64,000 bases of DNA, from positions 8,389 through 72,388 of the forward strand of contig DIWW01000016.1 in assembly GCA_002435905.1 (NCBI GenBank), given 5' to 3'. Below, in pieces: positions 7,146 to 16,513 of the stretch. Within the stretch, counting starts at the first letter, position 1. The number at the start of each line of letters is the position of its first letter. Below the pieces are notes generated by a model. It saw only the letters and a program-made list of their open reading frames with translations. It was not told where the DNA came from and made no database searches. The position numbers and the translations under genes are program-made. The DNA comes from Peptococcaceae bacterium UBA6096. Lineage in GTDB: Bacteria > Bacillota > Peptococcia > DRI-13 > UBA5745.

Positions 7146-9122
7146 TCAGCAACCAACCATAGCCTTCCATCCCTCATAGATCATCACCATGGCAAAGGTG
7201 TCCAATTCACAATACTTCAGCAAGGCCTTCTCGATTTCCCCCCGCTCATAATCCGACATCTCTTCAAACTGCATCCTGGCGTAGGCGGTCATGGCAGCGC
7301 CGCCGTCCCGCAATTCATTGGCCGCGCTGAGCAATTCATAATCCTTATCCGAGACATCCTCAAACATTTTAGGCAGCAGCTTATACGGATCCAGCACCTT
7401 GCCATTCTCCATGACGATCCATTGCCAGTCCTTATAGTTCAAACTGGCAATGCCGCCAGCCGCGCCATAGATGGGCTTTGAATATTTTTGCTGCAGATAG
7501 GGAGAGCTGTTGAGGATCGCCGGCAGCACATACTTGATCGAATTTGAGCCTTTGGTGGCGGGATCATAGTAGTATCGCTTTTCCAACTCACAGAGGTCGA
7601 TCATCGAACGCGGCCCCGACCAGGCGTCCACACAGCCGTGGGTCGATGTCGTAATGCTGCGGATAAAGCAGCTCAGTGCCTCCCGATCCGGGATGTCGCT
7701 GGGATCCTCCTGCAGCTGCCTGTAGATCAGGTTCAAATAGCTGTTTTCGTGGGCGGCATAGCGGAAGATGCTGCCTTCGTCCTGCTCCAGTGCCTGCTTC
7801 AGGCTGCGCAAAAAATCATAATTAGGAAACACCCCCGGCACTGCATTCAAATACTGCCCCCGGTGCTCGATCCGACCGTCTGCATGGACCATGTGGTGCG
7901 AATATTGAAAGGCGATCCCTTCATAAGGGTGTCTTCCCTTGTTGAAAGGAATGGCCATCATGGAGGTTTCAAAGTCAATAAAATGCAGCGGATAGATCCA
8001 AGTTTCCATTTCACGGCGCAGATTCTCTGCATCGATCCAATACGTCATGTCGTTGAACTTCGCTTTGCTCACCTGAAGCCATTGACGCTGGCTGGCCGAC
8101 AAGCCCGGTTTTGCGTCGCTTTTGGGATGGATATCCTCCTCCTGAAGGTTCTCCAGCTTGATGCACCGGTCACTCAAATATTGATCTTTCTTCCGGAAAT
8201 TCCAGATCTCCAGAATGTTGGGCTCTTGAAAATCCTCCTCCTCCCAACATAGGCATTCCTTCCAACATTCCTGGAAGCCGCTCTTGAGGCCCTTCGCTGC
8301 ATCCTCCGCAGTGACCTTAAATTCGCAGCCGGCGCATACCTTGGTCAAAACGGGTTGGATTTTCATATCCTTCTCATAGCAATCGGCCAAATAGGCCGCA
8401 TAGTCCCCAAAGCCGGCCGGCTGCCCATCCATTTCATAATTTTCACTGTAAATCATATCGCAGCAGTCATCTGCGTTGATACGGCATAGGATCGGCACGG
8501 AAAGGTCCTCGGCGCTCAGCCTTGGCGATACCGCAATGCTTTTTCTTCCCCTGGCATCCGTTATGATCCGAAACTTCTGGTTCAGACCGTTGGTAGGACA
8601 AAGGGCTTTTTTATCTGCAAGCATCAAGTAGGCCGCCACCGAGCATTCAGGCATTGCCTGCTGGAGGACGTATTTCTGAAAAGCTACATCATAGAGATAA
8701 GGCATCCATTCCGAGGTAATGGAGCCATCTTTATTGAGAAAGGCTGCATCGGAAGGGAATTCCACAGACTTAGCCTTGACCTCCACCAGCTCCAGCCGGG
8801 AACCCTTTTTGATCAGGATATCAACCCGCACAAACAGGTTCTCATAACAAACAGCCGCCTCATAGATGATCGCTTGATCTTGCTTCAGCAGTTCGCTGGT
8901 TTGCCGCAGCGCTTCCCTCTGCTCCAGCATCTTGACGTCATGACCGCCTGGGAAATAATGCTTGGCTAGCTCACCCACCTGAAAGCCCCCTTCGGCCAGG
9001 GCTTCCAGAAAGGAATCCTCCAGCTTCTGGTTGGCGTACGCCGGTTTACCGGTGTAGTAAAGCTTGGTGGGGCACTCCATGGCCAGTTTGAATCGGGATT
9101 TGGTCAAATATCTGGGCTGCAT
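7146..9122 (-). CDS. DUF2779-family protein with N-terminal PD-(D/E)XK (Cas4/RecB-like) nuclease fold and Cys cluster
   Basis: MQPRYLTKSRFKLAMECPTKLYY resembles the typical DUF2779-family N-terminus. RVDILIK...LELVEVKAKS gives D...ExK. Cys cluster CAGCEF...ECWKECLCW. I prefer the start at M25 (9122), which has GAAGG 7 nt upstream; the ORF track start is 9194. Confidence 0.7.
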   Translation of the reverse strand: MQPRYLTKSRFKLAMECPTKLYYTGKPAYANQKLEDSFLEALAEGGFQVGELAKHYFPGGHDVKMLEQREALRQTSELLKQDQAIIYEAAVCYENLFVRVDILIKKGSRLELVEVKAKSVEFPSDAAFLNKDGSITSEWMPYLYDVAFQKYVLQQAMPECSVAAYLMLADKKALCPTNGLNQKFRIITDARGRKSIAVSPRLSAEDLSVPILCRINADDCCDMIYSENYEMDGQPAGFGDYAAYLADCYEKDMKIQPVLTKVCAGCEFKVTAEDAAKGLKSGFQECWKECLCWEEEDFQEPNILEIWNFRKKDQYLSDRCIKLENLQEEDIHPKSDAKPGLSASQRQWLQVSKAKFNDMTYWIDAENLRREMETWIYPLHFIDFETSMMAIPFNKGRHPYEGIAFQYSHHMVHADGRIEHRGQYLNAVPGVFPNYDFLRSLKQALEQDEGSIFRYAAHENSYLNLIYRQLQEDPSDIPDREALSCFIRSITTSTHGCVDAWSGPRSMIDLCELEKRYYYDPATKGSNSIKYVLPAILNSSPYLQQKYSKPIYGAAGGIASLNYKDWQWIVMENGKVLDPYKLLPKMFEDVSDKDYELLSAANELRDGGAAMTAYARMQFEEMSDYERGEIEKALLKYCELDTFAMVMIYEGWKAMVGC

Positions 9123-9234
9123 ACACACGCCTTCTTTCTGCATCGGCTTGGATACACACAAAATGCTTCCAATCTCAAAGATTCCATGGATCATCGGATC
9201 CAGGTTCCCTAATTTCTATAATACACCCATTTTG

Positions 9235-9252
9235 TGTGCGATGGATCGCACA
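9235..9252. promoter_or_regulatory. Perfect 8+8 inverted repeat TGTGCGAT-GG-ATCGCACA in the divergent intergenic region (candidate operator)
   Basis: Read directly from the sequence. Lies between the divergent DUF2779 and GHKL ATPase genes. A TGGTAAAAT extended -10-like element sits at 9341-9349 on the + strand. Confidence 0.35.
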
Positions 9253-9399
9253 GATTAAATCGGCTTCTTGCCTGTTCTTAAATTCAAAGGCAAATCCAGG
9301 GATACAAAGGTCTGATCGATGCAAATTCTCTGATTATTTATGGTAAAATAGAACCAACACACCCACTGACTGAATCCCAAGGACGAGGAGGATGGAACC

Positions 9400-11301
9400 A
9401 TGACCATTTTCAAATTGCCGGTGGATCAACGGGTCATCGACATCGACTCCCGACGCTTTGCCTCGGTGGAAAAAGCCATTGTGGAGCTGATCACCAACAG
9501 CGACGACAGCTACAGCCGCATGGAGCAGGCAGAGCTGCCGGTCAGCGGCACCATAGCCATTCGCTATGAACGCCACCAAAGCGGCGCCGTGCTCATCGTT
9601 GCCGACCAGGCTGAAGGCATGTCCTTTGAGCAGCTTCATTCCGTCCTCTCCTATGGCGGGGCCTACAGCCAAATGGCCCGGGGGCTTGCCGGCGGCCGCG
9701 GCTACTTTGGCCGGGGCCTGAAGCAGGCCATCTACGGCCTGGGCCATGGCTGGATCGAAACGATCTACAAGGGCCGCTTCGGACGGGTCGATCTTTTTAC
9801 GGACGAAAACGGCGCCTATTTGTTTGATGACGGGGATCAGGACCGGGCAGCCCAAGAAAGAGACTATGCCCGTCTGGGCATTCCGGCCGAAGGCAACGGC
9901 ACCCAGGTGACCATCATCATTGAAAATCCCCAGACCAACATCCCTTATTTTAATTCTCTTGTTTTTTCCATTTCCAACAACATCTATCTGCGGGATATCC
10001 TGGGGCGGCGCCAGGTCAGCATGATTAATTTGAATCAGGCCAAAAGCAAGCAGACGGCCTTGCCCTTGGTTTATGCGGAACCGGAGGCTGATCTGCTGGT
10101 CGGCCCCGAGGCCCCGGGCCTGTTCCGATATCAAGAGGTCCAATATTCCTTTGACCTGACCTTAAAAAAGGCCCTGGATGCGGATTTGGTCCTGAAAGGC
10201 GACGAACGGACCAACGGTCTGCTGGTGATCTCCGGCACCGCCGTCTTTGACTGCCAATTTTTCCGTTTTGAAAACCAACTAGGCACCGAATATTTATTTG
10301 GTACGGTCCATTGTCCGGGATTGGCCAAAATGCTGGTTAATGGCAAGCCCATCATCAGCGACGAACGAGAAGGCTTGAATATGAAGGAGCCCTTTGCCGC
10401 AGCTTTTGGTGAAGCGGTGAGCGACATGATCGCCGGATACATCAAGAATGAACAAATCAGGCTGAGCCATGTGGATTATGCCAAGACCTCCATGCGCACC
10501 CGGAATATGATCCGGCAGGTTTTGCAGCGGATGAATCAGATCGCCATCGAAGATCTGGGGATCATCCTGCCCCCGGGCCCCGGTTCCGGCCGCTATGGCC
10601 AATTTGATACGGGACGGCCTTCCGTCCTACGTTTCACGACCCCCTTCTATTACCGAAAGGTTGACCATCCCTTTCATGTCAAGATGATCGCGGACCGCAA
10701 TCAAATTCAGGACCAGGAGCTTTTGTCAATAACCTATCAATTGCCGGACAGCATCCGGATCGAGCCCAACTTCACAGGCGTGATGGTGGCGGATCTGCCA
10801 GAAAATGGCCATTTGGAATGGACGGTCATCGGCAATATGATCGGCGCAAAAGGGATCATCGAGGTGGCCACGGGAGATTTTCGGGCCTCAGCGGAAATCG
10901 TCATTGCAGAGAACGCCTCAGGGAAAGGGTACGGCAATGTCTCCAGCAAGCCCAGCATCCCATGGAATATGGACAACTCCATCGATATCTTCGCCGGCTA
11001 TGAACTGCGGAATCTGGACAATGATCTGGACCGGGCGGTTTATCTTCCAGAGGAGCGTCTGATCATCATCAACACAGAGGCCCCCACCGTTCGGCTCTAT
11101 GTCAACGGGCAAGGCCATTTCAAGGATGGCGCCCGGCTCTTGCTGGCGGAATTGTTGTTGGATGTCATCACCGATGAGCTTTCCCGCCGCTACGTGGACC
11201 GGACCACCCAGAAGGGGCAGGCCGAAGCCTACAAGCAGGCGAAGCATGATTTGATCCGGCGCTACGGCTTGGAGATCCATTCGATTCTACTGGGGGAATA
11301 G
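9400..11301 (+). CDS. GHKL-superfamily (MORC/Hsp90/MutL-like, HATPase_c_3-type) ATPase, 633 aa, large uncharacterised C-terminal region
   Basis: Bergerat-fold motifs: N-box VELITNSDDSY, G1-like VADQAEGMS, G2-like GGRGYFGRGLKQAIYG. RBS GAGGAGG. Confidence 0.75.
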   Translation: MTIFKLPVDQRVIDIDSRRFASVEKAIVELITNSDDSYSRMEQAELPVSGTIAIRYERHQSGAVLIVADQAEGMSFEQLHSVLSYGGAYSQMARGLAGGRGYFGRGLKQAIYGLGHGWIETIYKGRFGRVDLFTDENGAYLFDDGDQDRAAQERDYARLGIPAEGNGTQVTIIIENPQTNIPYFNSLVFSISNNIYLRDILGRRQVSMINLNQAKSKQTALPLVYAEPEADLLVGPEAPGLFRYQEVQYSFDLTLKKALDADLVLKGDERTNGLLVISGTAVFDCQFFRFENQLGTEYLFGTVHCPGLAKMLVNGKPIISDEREGLNMKEPFAAAFGEAVSDMIAGYIKNEQIRLSHVDYAKTSMRTRNMIRQVLQRMNQIAIEDLGIILPPGPGSGRYGQFDTGRPSVLRFTTPFYYRKVDHPFHVKMIADRNQIQDQELLSITYQLPDSIRIEPNFTGVMVADLPENGHLEWTVIGNMIGAKGIIEVATGDFRASAEIVIAENASGKGYGNVSSKPSIPWNMDNSIDIFAGYELRNLDNDLDRAVYLPEERLIIINTEAPTVRLYVNGQGHFKDGARLLLAELLLDVITDELSRRYVDRTTQKGQAEAYKQAKHDLIRRYGLEIHSILLGE

Positions 11302-11404
11302 TTCCATAAGGCTACGACAAGCGACTGCTTGCTTATGGTGAATAGATGAACTCTCCTCTATGCTTGCCCTAGACCCTTTTCTGAAACATAAGGCATAATT
11401 CGCA

Positions 11405-11441
11405 TAAAAAAACTATCGGATCTTTTTCCGATAGGTTTTTT
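11405..11441. terminator. Bidirectional intrinsic terminator (GHKL gene / TRAP operon)
   Basis: AAAAAAA-CTATCGGA-tctttt-TCCGATAG-GTTTTTT: an 8-bp stem flanked by an A-run and a T-run. Confidence 0.7.
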
Positions 11442-11503
11442 ATAGCCGCTAGCGGCTTCTATATCATTGAGGGAGGGTTGAGCAACAGGATTGTTCGATC
11501 AGA

Positions 11504-12778
11504 TCAGCCAAGCAGCGTGGGGAGCCAGAGTGTTAAGGACGGTACGAAGCTAACCAGCGCCAGGATGAACAGTGCAATCACCAGAAATGGCAAGCATGCT
11601 TTGAAGGATCCACCCATGGTCGTATTGCCCAGCTTGGTCCCCACCAGCAAGGAAATGCCAACGGGTGGCGTAATGCAACCAATATAAATATTGATGCAAG
11701 TGATAATACCGAACTGTATCAAATTGATTTCATAGGCATTGACCAGACTCAGCATCAGCGGCACCATCATCACGATGATACAGTTGCCTTCCATCAGGCA
11801 GCCCAGCACCAGATAAATGACGTTGATCAACAGGATCACCGCCACCTTAGAGCTAGCCACCGCCTGTATCGCCTCAGCAAACAAACTTGGGAGCTGAGAA
11901 GAAATCACAACGTAAGCAGACGACTTGGACAAGCCCACCAGGATCATAATCGCCGCTACCGAGATCGTTGTTTCATACAGGGTATTCAAAAGGTTCTTGA
12001 AGCTGATTGTTTTGTAAATGAACATGCCGACAAGTCCGGCATAAACCGCAGAAATCGCAGCAGCCTCCGTCACCGTGCAAATCCCGCCGAAGATGAGTCC
12101 CAGCACCAGGATCGGCATCAGCAGCGCCCAGACGTTGTCCTTCATGGCCGCCATCTTTTCTTTCATGGTGGTGGCAGGCTGCATCGGCAATTGGTTTTTG
12201 TAACCGTAGTAAAGTGTATAAATCAAGAAAAGGATCGTGCAAAGAATCGCTGGGGTCGCCGTCGCCATAAACAGTTTCTGAATCGATGTCTCTGTCAGGC
12301 TGGCGTACACCACCAGGGAAATGGAAGGCGGTATCATCGGTCCTAGCAACGATGAGCAGCTTGCGCAAGCCACAGCATAGTTGTCATCGTAACCCTCTTT
12401 TTTCATGGCCGGTACGGTCATGCCGCCAACCGCCGCCACCGTGGCAACGGCAGAACCGGATATGGCGCCGAACAGGGCGGAGGCAAGGACAGTGACGGAA
12501 CCAAGGCTGCCTCGGACCCTTCCCAGGGCAATATTGGATGCGGAAATCAGTTTCTGCGTGATCCCCTGGGCCATCAGATTACCAGCGAGAATGAACAGCG
12601 GAATCGCCAGAAGAGACGCTGAATTCAATCCAAGAAAGGCTTTTTGCGCAATTGCCTGCAGCGGAAAACCCACATACATCATCGCGGTCATCGTAGCAAC
12701 CCCAATGGCTAAATAAATCGGCAAACCGAAAAATGCCAATACAACCAATAATAAAAAGACGAGTAATCCTGCATTCAC
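11504..12778 (-). CDS. dctM: TRAP transporter large permease subunit
   Basis: 424-aa polytopic membrane protein with DctM-like sequence. The GTG start overlaps the dctQ stop (GTGA). Confidence 0.85.
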   Translation of the reverse strand: MNAGLLVFLLLVVLAFFGLPIYLAIGVATMTAMMYVGFPLQAIAQKAFLGLNSASLLAIPLFILAGNLMAQGITQKLISASNIALGRVRGSLGSVTVLASALFGAISGSAVATVAAVGGMTVPAMKKEGYDDNYAVACASCSSLLGPMIPPSISLVVYASLTETSIQKLFMATATPAILCTILFLIYTLYYGYKNQLPMQPATTMKEKMAAMKDNVWALLMPILVLGLIFGGICTVTEAAAISAVYAGLVGMFIYKTISFKNLLNTLYETTISVAAIMILVGLSKSSAYVVISSQLPSLFAEAIQAVASSKVAVILLINVIYLVLGCLMEGNCIIVMMVPLMLSLVNAYEINLIQFGIITCINIYIGCITPPVGISLLVGTKLGNTTMGGSFKACLPFLVIALFILALVSFVPSLTLWLPTLLG

Positions 12779-13308
12779 GCGTTGTTCGCCCCCTTCTGTA
12801 GGGCGCCGCCCTTAAATTTCCTGAACTCCCCGAAGTTCTTGGCAATGTTTTCAATGGAAAATAAGATCAGCAGGATCGAGCCGATGGGGAAGGCATAATA
12901 AACGTGCCGTATTAAAATAGGCAAGGTGGTGGAGGCTCCGGTTGCATGCTGGATCAGGCTGATGCTATAAGCGCAAAAAACAATCATAAATGCGATGGCT
13001 ACGATGGAACTGACCGCAGTGATCAGGCAGCGGGTGCTATATTTCATAAAGTTTAGGAGGAAGTCCACCTGCAAATGGCTTTCCTTCCGCACTGCGATGG
13101 AAATACCCAATAAGACGCTGTATATGCATAGATATAAAGACAGTTCCTCACACCAGGGCTGTGCATTTGAAAAGATATATCTCATGATGCACTGGTAGCA
13201 CATGATCAGGGTGATCCCGGACAATAAGCCGATTTCAATGACCCTCAGGATCTTTTCAACGACGTCCAGAAAACCGGAGTATTTTTTCAGCACTAATTTC
13301 ATCTCCAT
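12775..13308 (-). CDS. dctQ: TRAP transporter small permease subunit
   Basis: 177 aa with 4 predicted TM segments, positioned between DctP and DctM. Confidence 0.8.
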   Translation of the reverse strand: MEMKLVLKKYSGFLDVVEKILRVIEIGLLSGITLIMCYQCIMRYIFSNAQPWCEELSLYLCIYSVLLGISIAVRKESHLQVDFLLNFMKYSTRCLITAVSSIVAIAFMIVFCAYSISLIQHATGASTTLPILIRHVYYAFPIGSILLILFSIENIAKNFGEFRKFKGGALQKGANNA

Positions 13309-13376
13309 CCATCTGAAATGCTTCTAAGGATAGGGCTATGACGGCGGAACCGCCGCCATAGCCCTATGAATTAATG

Positions 13377-14429
13377 TTATTTTGAGGGATCGGCAGCCTT
13401 GATTGCGTTGGCATATTCCACAAGGCCGGGGTACTTCGCTTCCAGGAAACCGTCAAGGGCTTGCTGCCACAGCGTCACATCGGTATCAACAAACTCTAAA
13501 CCGGCATCAACGCAAATCTTACGTTTCTCTTCGGTAGCCGTCAGGATGGAGTCCGTGCAGGATTTTCCGGCCTCAACCGCGGCATCCCGGATGATCGTCT
13601 GGTATTCTGCAGGAAGAGAGGCGAAGTATTTCTTGTCCATGATGAAGGAATCCGTCGTATACACGTGCTCGGTTTCAATGATGTAATCCGTGGCCTCATG
13701 CCAGGACAAGCTGACAATGTTGGTCAGGCCGTTTTCTGCACCGTCGACGGTACCCTGCTGGATCGCAGTGAACACTTCACTGCCGCCCAGAGGGGTCGGG
13801 GAAGCCCCCAGCCATGCCCAAGTGTCCAGATACATGGGGATGGTGGGCGTACGCAGCTTAAGACCCTTGACATCCGCGGGACTCTCTACCTTCTTGTTGG
13901 TACACATCACGCGGATACCCTGCAGGGCGGCGCCCATGATCTCCATGTTGCTTTCATCGCCCATATCCTTCAGGATTTTTTGTCCGACTTCGCCTTCCCA
14001 AACCGCTCTCCAGTGATCGACGCTGGAATACATGTAGGGTGCAGCGTCAATGTTCGCCAGAGGAGAAATCGATGCCAGGTTGGCAGTCGCTTCATACACG
14101 ATGTTGCAAATGCCCATGCTCAGGCCTTCCAGGCAGTCCGCGGTGTTGCCCAAAGAGGAGCTGGGATACAATTCCACGGTGATGTTGCCGTTGGTCTTCT
14201 CATTGACGGTCTTGGCAAACAGTTCTGCAGACTTGTATACAGGGTCGGACTCGCCGATGCTCAGATGCATCTTCATGGTATAGGCTTTATCGCTCGCCGC
14301 CGCGGTACCGGAAGCTGCCGCAGCAGTTGTCGTAGCAGTAGCCGCCGCGCTGCCGGAAGAACCGCAGCCCGCCAGTAAAGACAGGCACATGATGGCGCAC
14401 AATACGATGGAAACAACCTTTTTACTCAT
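13377..14429 (-). CDS. dctP: TRAP transporter substrate-binding lipoprotein
   Basis: Signal peptide with lipobox LLAGCGSS. DctP-family sequence. Start placed at ATG 14429 (GGAGG 8 nt upstream) rather than TTG 14444. Confidence 0.85.
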   Translation of the reverse strand: MSKKVVSIVLCAIMCLSLLAGCGSSGSAAATATTTAAAASGTAAASDKAYTMKMHLSIGESDPVYKSAELFAKTVNEKTNGNITVELYPSSSLGNTADCLEGLSMGICNIVYEATANLASISPLANIDAAPYMYSSVDHWRAVWEGEVGQKILKDMGDESNMEIMGAALQGIRVMCTNKKVESPADVKGLKLRTPTIPMYLDTWAWLGASPTPLGGSEVFTAIQQGTVDGAENGLTNIVSLSWHEATDYIIETEHVYTTDSFIMDKKYFASLPAEYQTIIRDAAVEAGKSCTDSILTATEEKRKICVDAGLEFVDTDVTLWQQALDGFLEAKYPGLVEYANAIKAADPSK

Positions 14430-14567
14430 TTTTATTTCCTCCAAATTTTATTGATTTTTGTAGGGAACTTTGCATGTTTACTATTGTACTATTTCTGCGT
14501 TCTCTTTTCGATAGCCAAATGCTCGAGATTCAAAGGGGATATAATGCGATACTTAATGCGCTTGTGC

Positions 14568-15593
14568 TTAGGGCTTCAGAATCGTTTTAACACATTCCCC
14601 CTTCAGCATCATGTCCAGTCCCTTTTCATAATCTTCCAAGGGCAGAGTATGGGTTACGATCGGCTCCAAATCCAGGCCGGCAGCAAACATACCGTTCATG
14701 TCTTCCCAGGTATTGAAAATCCTTCTGCCCGCAATACCTTTTAATGTAATGCCTCGATAAATAAATTCAGAAAAATTCACATTGGGCCTCTCGCTGGGCA
14801 GTCCCACAAAAACGATTTTGCCTTCCGGCCGGACAAAGCGGAACACACTTTCGATGCCCTTGGCATTGCCGGAGTATTCCAGCACCACGTCCGCTCCATA
14901 CGTTGCGATGCTCTTGATGACTTGCTCCGCATTTTCTTTCGCTGGGTTGATCACCACATCCGCTCCCATATTCTTGGCCAACTCAGCCCGGGTGGAATTC
15001 GGTTCCACTGCAATCACCCGCGCGGCCCCGCATAGCTTGGCAACCGCAACGGCCATGGCGCCGATGGGTCCGCAGCCATTCACAACCACCTTCCGGCCGG
15101 ACACCGGATATTGCATCACGCCGTGGACCGCAGCGCCCAAGGGCTCCATCAGGCATAAATACTCAGGCTTCACGCTGGGATCGCAAACCACGACGTTTTG
15201 ATACGGCAAGGAGATATATTCCGCAAAGCAGCCGTCCCGGTTGACGCCGATCAACCCGCTGTGGGGGCACACATGCCGCTCGCCGATCCGGCAGATTTCG
15301 CAGCTGTTGCAGGGAATATGGGTTTCAGCGGACACCACGTCGCCAACCTTGACGCCTTTGACCTTGGCGCCGACCTTGACGACTTCGCCGGAAAACTCGT
15401 GTCCTATCACAATCGGAGGGGTTACATAGCGTTGCGCCCAGTCATTCCAGCCCTGAATGTGCACATCCGTGCCGCAAACCGCCGTGGCCAGGACTTTGAT
15501 GAGAACATCGTCCTCGCCATATTCCGGGATTTCTCTTTGCACAAACTGCAAGTTCCCAGCGCCTGCAGCCGTCTTCATTACACATTTCATCAT
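14568..15593 (-). CDS. Zn-dependent medium-chain alcohol/polyol dehydrogenase (threonine/sorbitol dehydrogenase-like)
   Basis: AVCGTDVH, GHEFSGEV, the structural-Zn Cys cluster CNSCEICRIGERHVC, and GCGPIG Rossmann motif. Confidence 0.85.
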   Translation of the reverse strand: MMKCVMKTAAGAGNLQFVQREIPEYGEDDVLIKVLATAVCGTDVHIQGWNDWAQRYVTPPIVIGHEFSGEVVKVGAKVKGVKVGDVVSAETHIPCNSCEICRIGERHVCPHSGLIGVNRDGCFAEYISLPYQNVVVCDPSVKPEYLCLMEPLGAAVHGVMQYPVSGRKVVVNGCGPIGAMAVAVAKLCGAARVIAVEPNSTRAELAKNMGADVVINPAKENAEQVIKSIATYGADVVLEYSGNAKGIESVFRFVRPEGKIVFVGLPSERPNVNFSEFIYRGITLKGIAGRRIFNTWEDMNGMFAAGLDLEPIVTHTLPLEDYEKGLDMMLKGECVKTILKP

Positions 15594-15615
15594 GGCCTAC
15601 TCTTCTTTCTGTCGT

Positions 15616-16473
15616 TTATTCGTTGGCTGCAATCACCAATTCAAACAGGATCAGGACAGGATTCTCTCCTCTGCGCAGCTTGCCGAAATGGATGGTCCCC
15701 GCGGCATCGATCAGTGCAGTGTAAAAATCAACCTGAATCTCTCCGGCAGCATCGGTCCATACCTTGCCGTCCAAGGCGATCAGTTCCGTCGGGATTTCCT
15801 CGATGATGTTGCCATCCTGGAAATCACCGCCCACCGTGCTGCCAATCGCGGTCCAAAGCGTCCCATCCGAAACACCGTGTTTCTTGCAGATCGCGGCAAT
15901 GGTCTCCAGCAGATCCTCATTGGCTTTGACGGTGGCAATGATGCACTTCCTGCCGCCCTGACCTGCTTCATTCTTCTGCAGGGGATCGTAAATTGTGAAG
16001 TTCGTTTCCGGATCGTAGACCGAATTGATCTCGACGGACTTGGTATAAAAAGCAATGGCCACCGCATCCTCCGCCACCATGCTTTGAGCCGGGAGAATAT
16101 GCCCTCCCTTTTGTATTTCCCCATCCTTCCATAGTCCGTGAAAATGCATGGAGGGGATATTTTCGCGAATCCCATACGTGGCGTTCGCATAGTCAATATG
16201 GATCCCTTCCGGGACTGTATAGGTTTCGCTATAATAAGCCGCATGCTGGTCATCCGAAGAATAGGTCGGCATGACATAATTGACCGGAGCAAGCTTCAGT
16301 CCTTCGAACCGAATGCCGGCGCCGCGGATCCCCATGGGCTCCAGCACCTGAGAAACCGCATCGATCAATTTGCTGCCTTTCCTCAATGGAACTTCAACAA
16401 TGCTCAAAGGGCCTTCCTTGCTGATCACCTTTTCTGCTGACACAGGCCCCGGATGTTTGATTTTCCTTGCCAT
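15616..16473 (-). CDS. Hypothetical protein, possibly tandem PPC/DUF296-like domains
   Basis: Two halves with similar patterns (PLRKGSKLIDAV...GIRGAG and VKANEDLLETIAAICKKHGVSDG). The family assignment is from memory only. Confidence 0.4.
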   Translation of the reverse strand: MARKIKHPGPVSAEKVISKEGPLSIVEVPLRKGSKLIDAVSQVLEPMGIRGAGIRFEGLKLAPVNYVMPTYSSDDQHAAYYSETYTVPEGIHIDYANATYGIRENIPSMHFHGLWKDGEIQKGGHILPAQSMVAEDAVAIAFYTKSVEINSVYDPETNFTIYDPLQKNEAGQGGRKCIIATVKANEDLLETIAAICKKHGVSDGTLWTAIGSTVGGDFQDGNIIEEIPTELIALDGKVWTDAAGEIQVDFYTALIDAAGTIHFGKLRRGENPVLILFELVIAANE

Positions 16474-16513
16474 TCTAAATTCTCCTCATCAACGTGTTGA
16501 CTCCGATGGGCGG

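Noticed and set aside
9334-10143. 269-aa ORF antisense to the GHKL ATPase gene
   Set aside because: This is a shadow ORF of a GC-rich gene. Its composition is Gly/Ala/Arg/Pro-rich and low in complexity, it has no RBS, and the opposite strand carries clear Bergerat-fold motifs.
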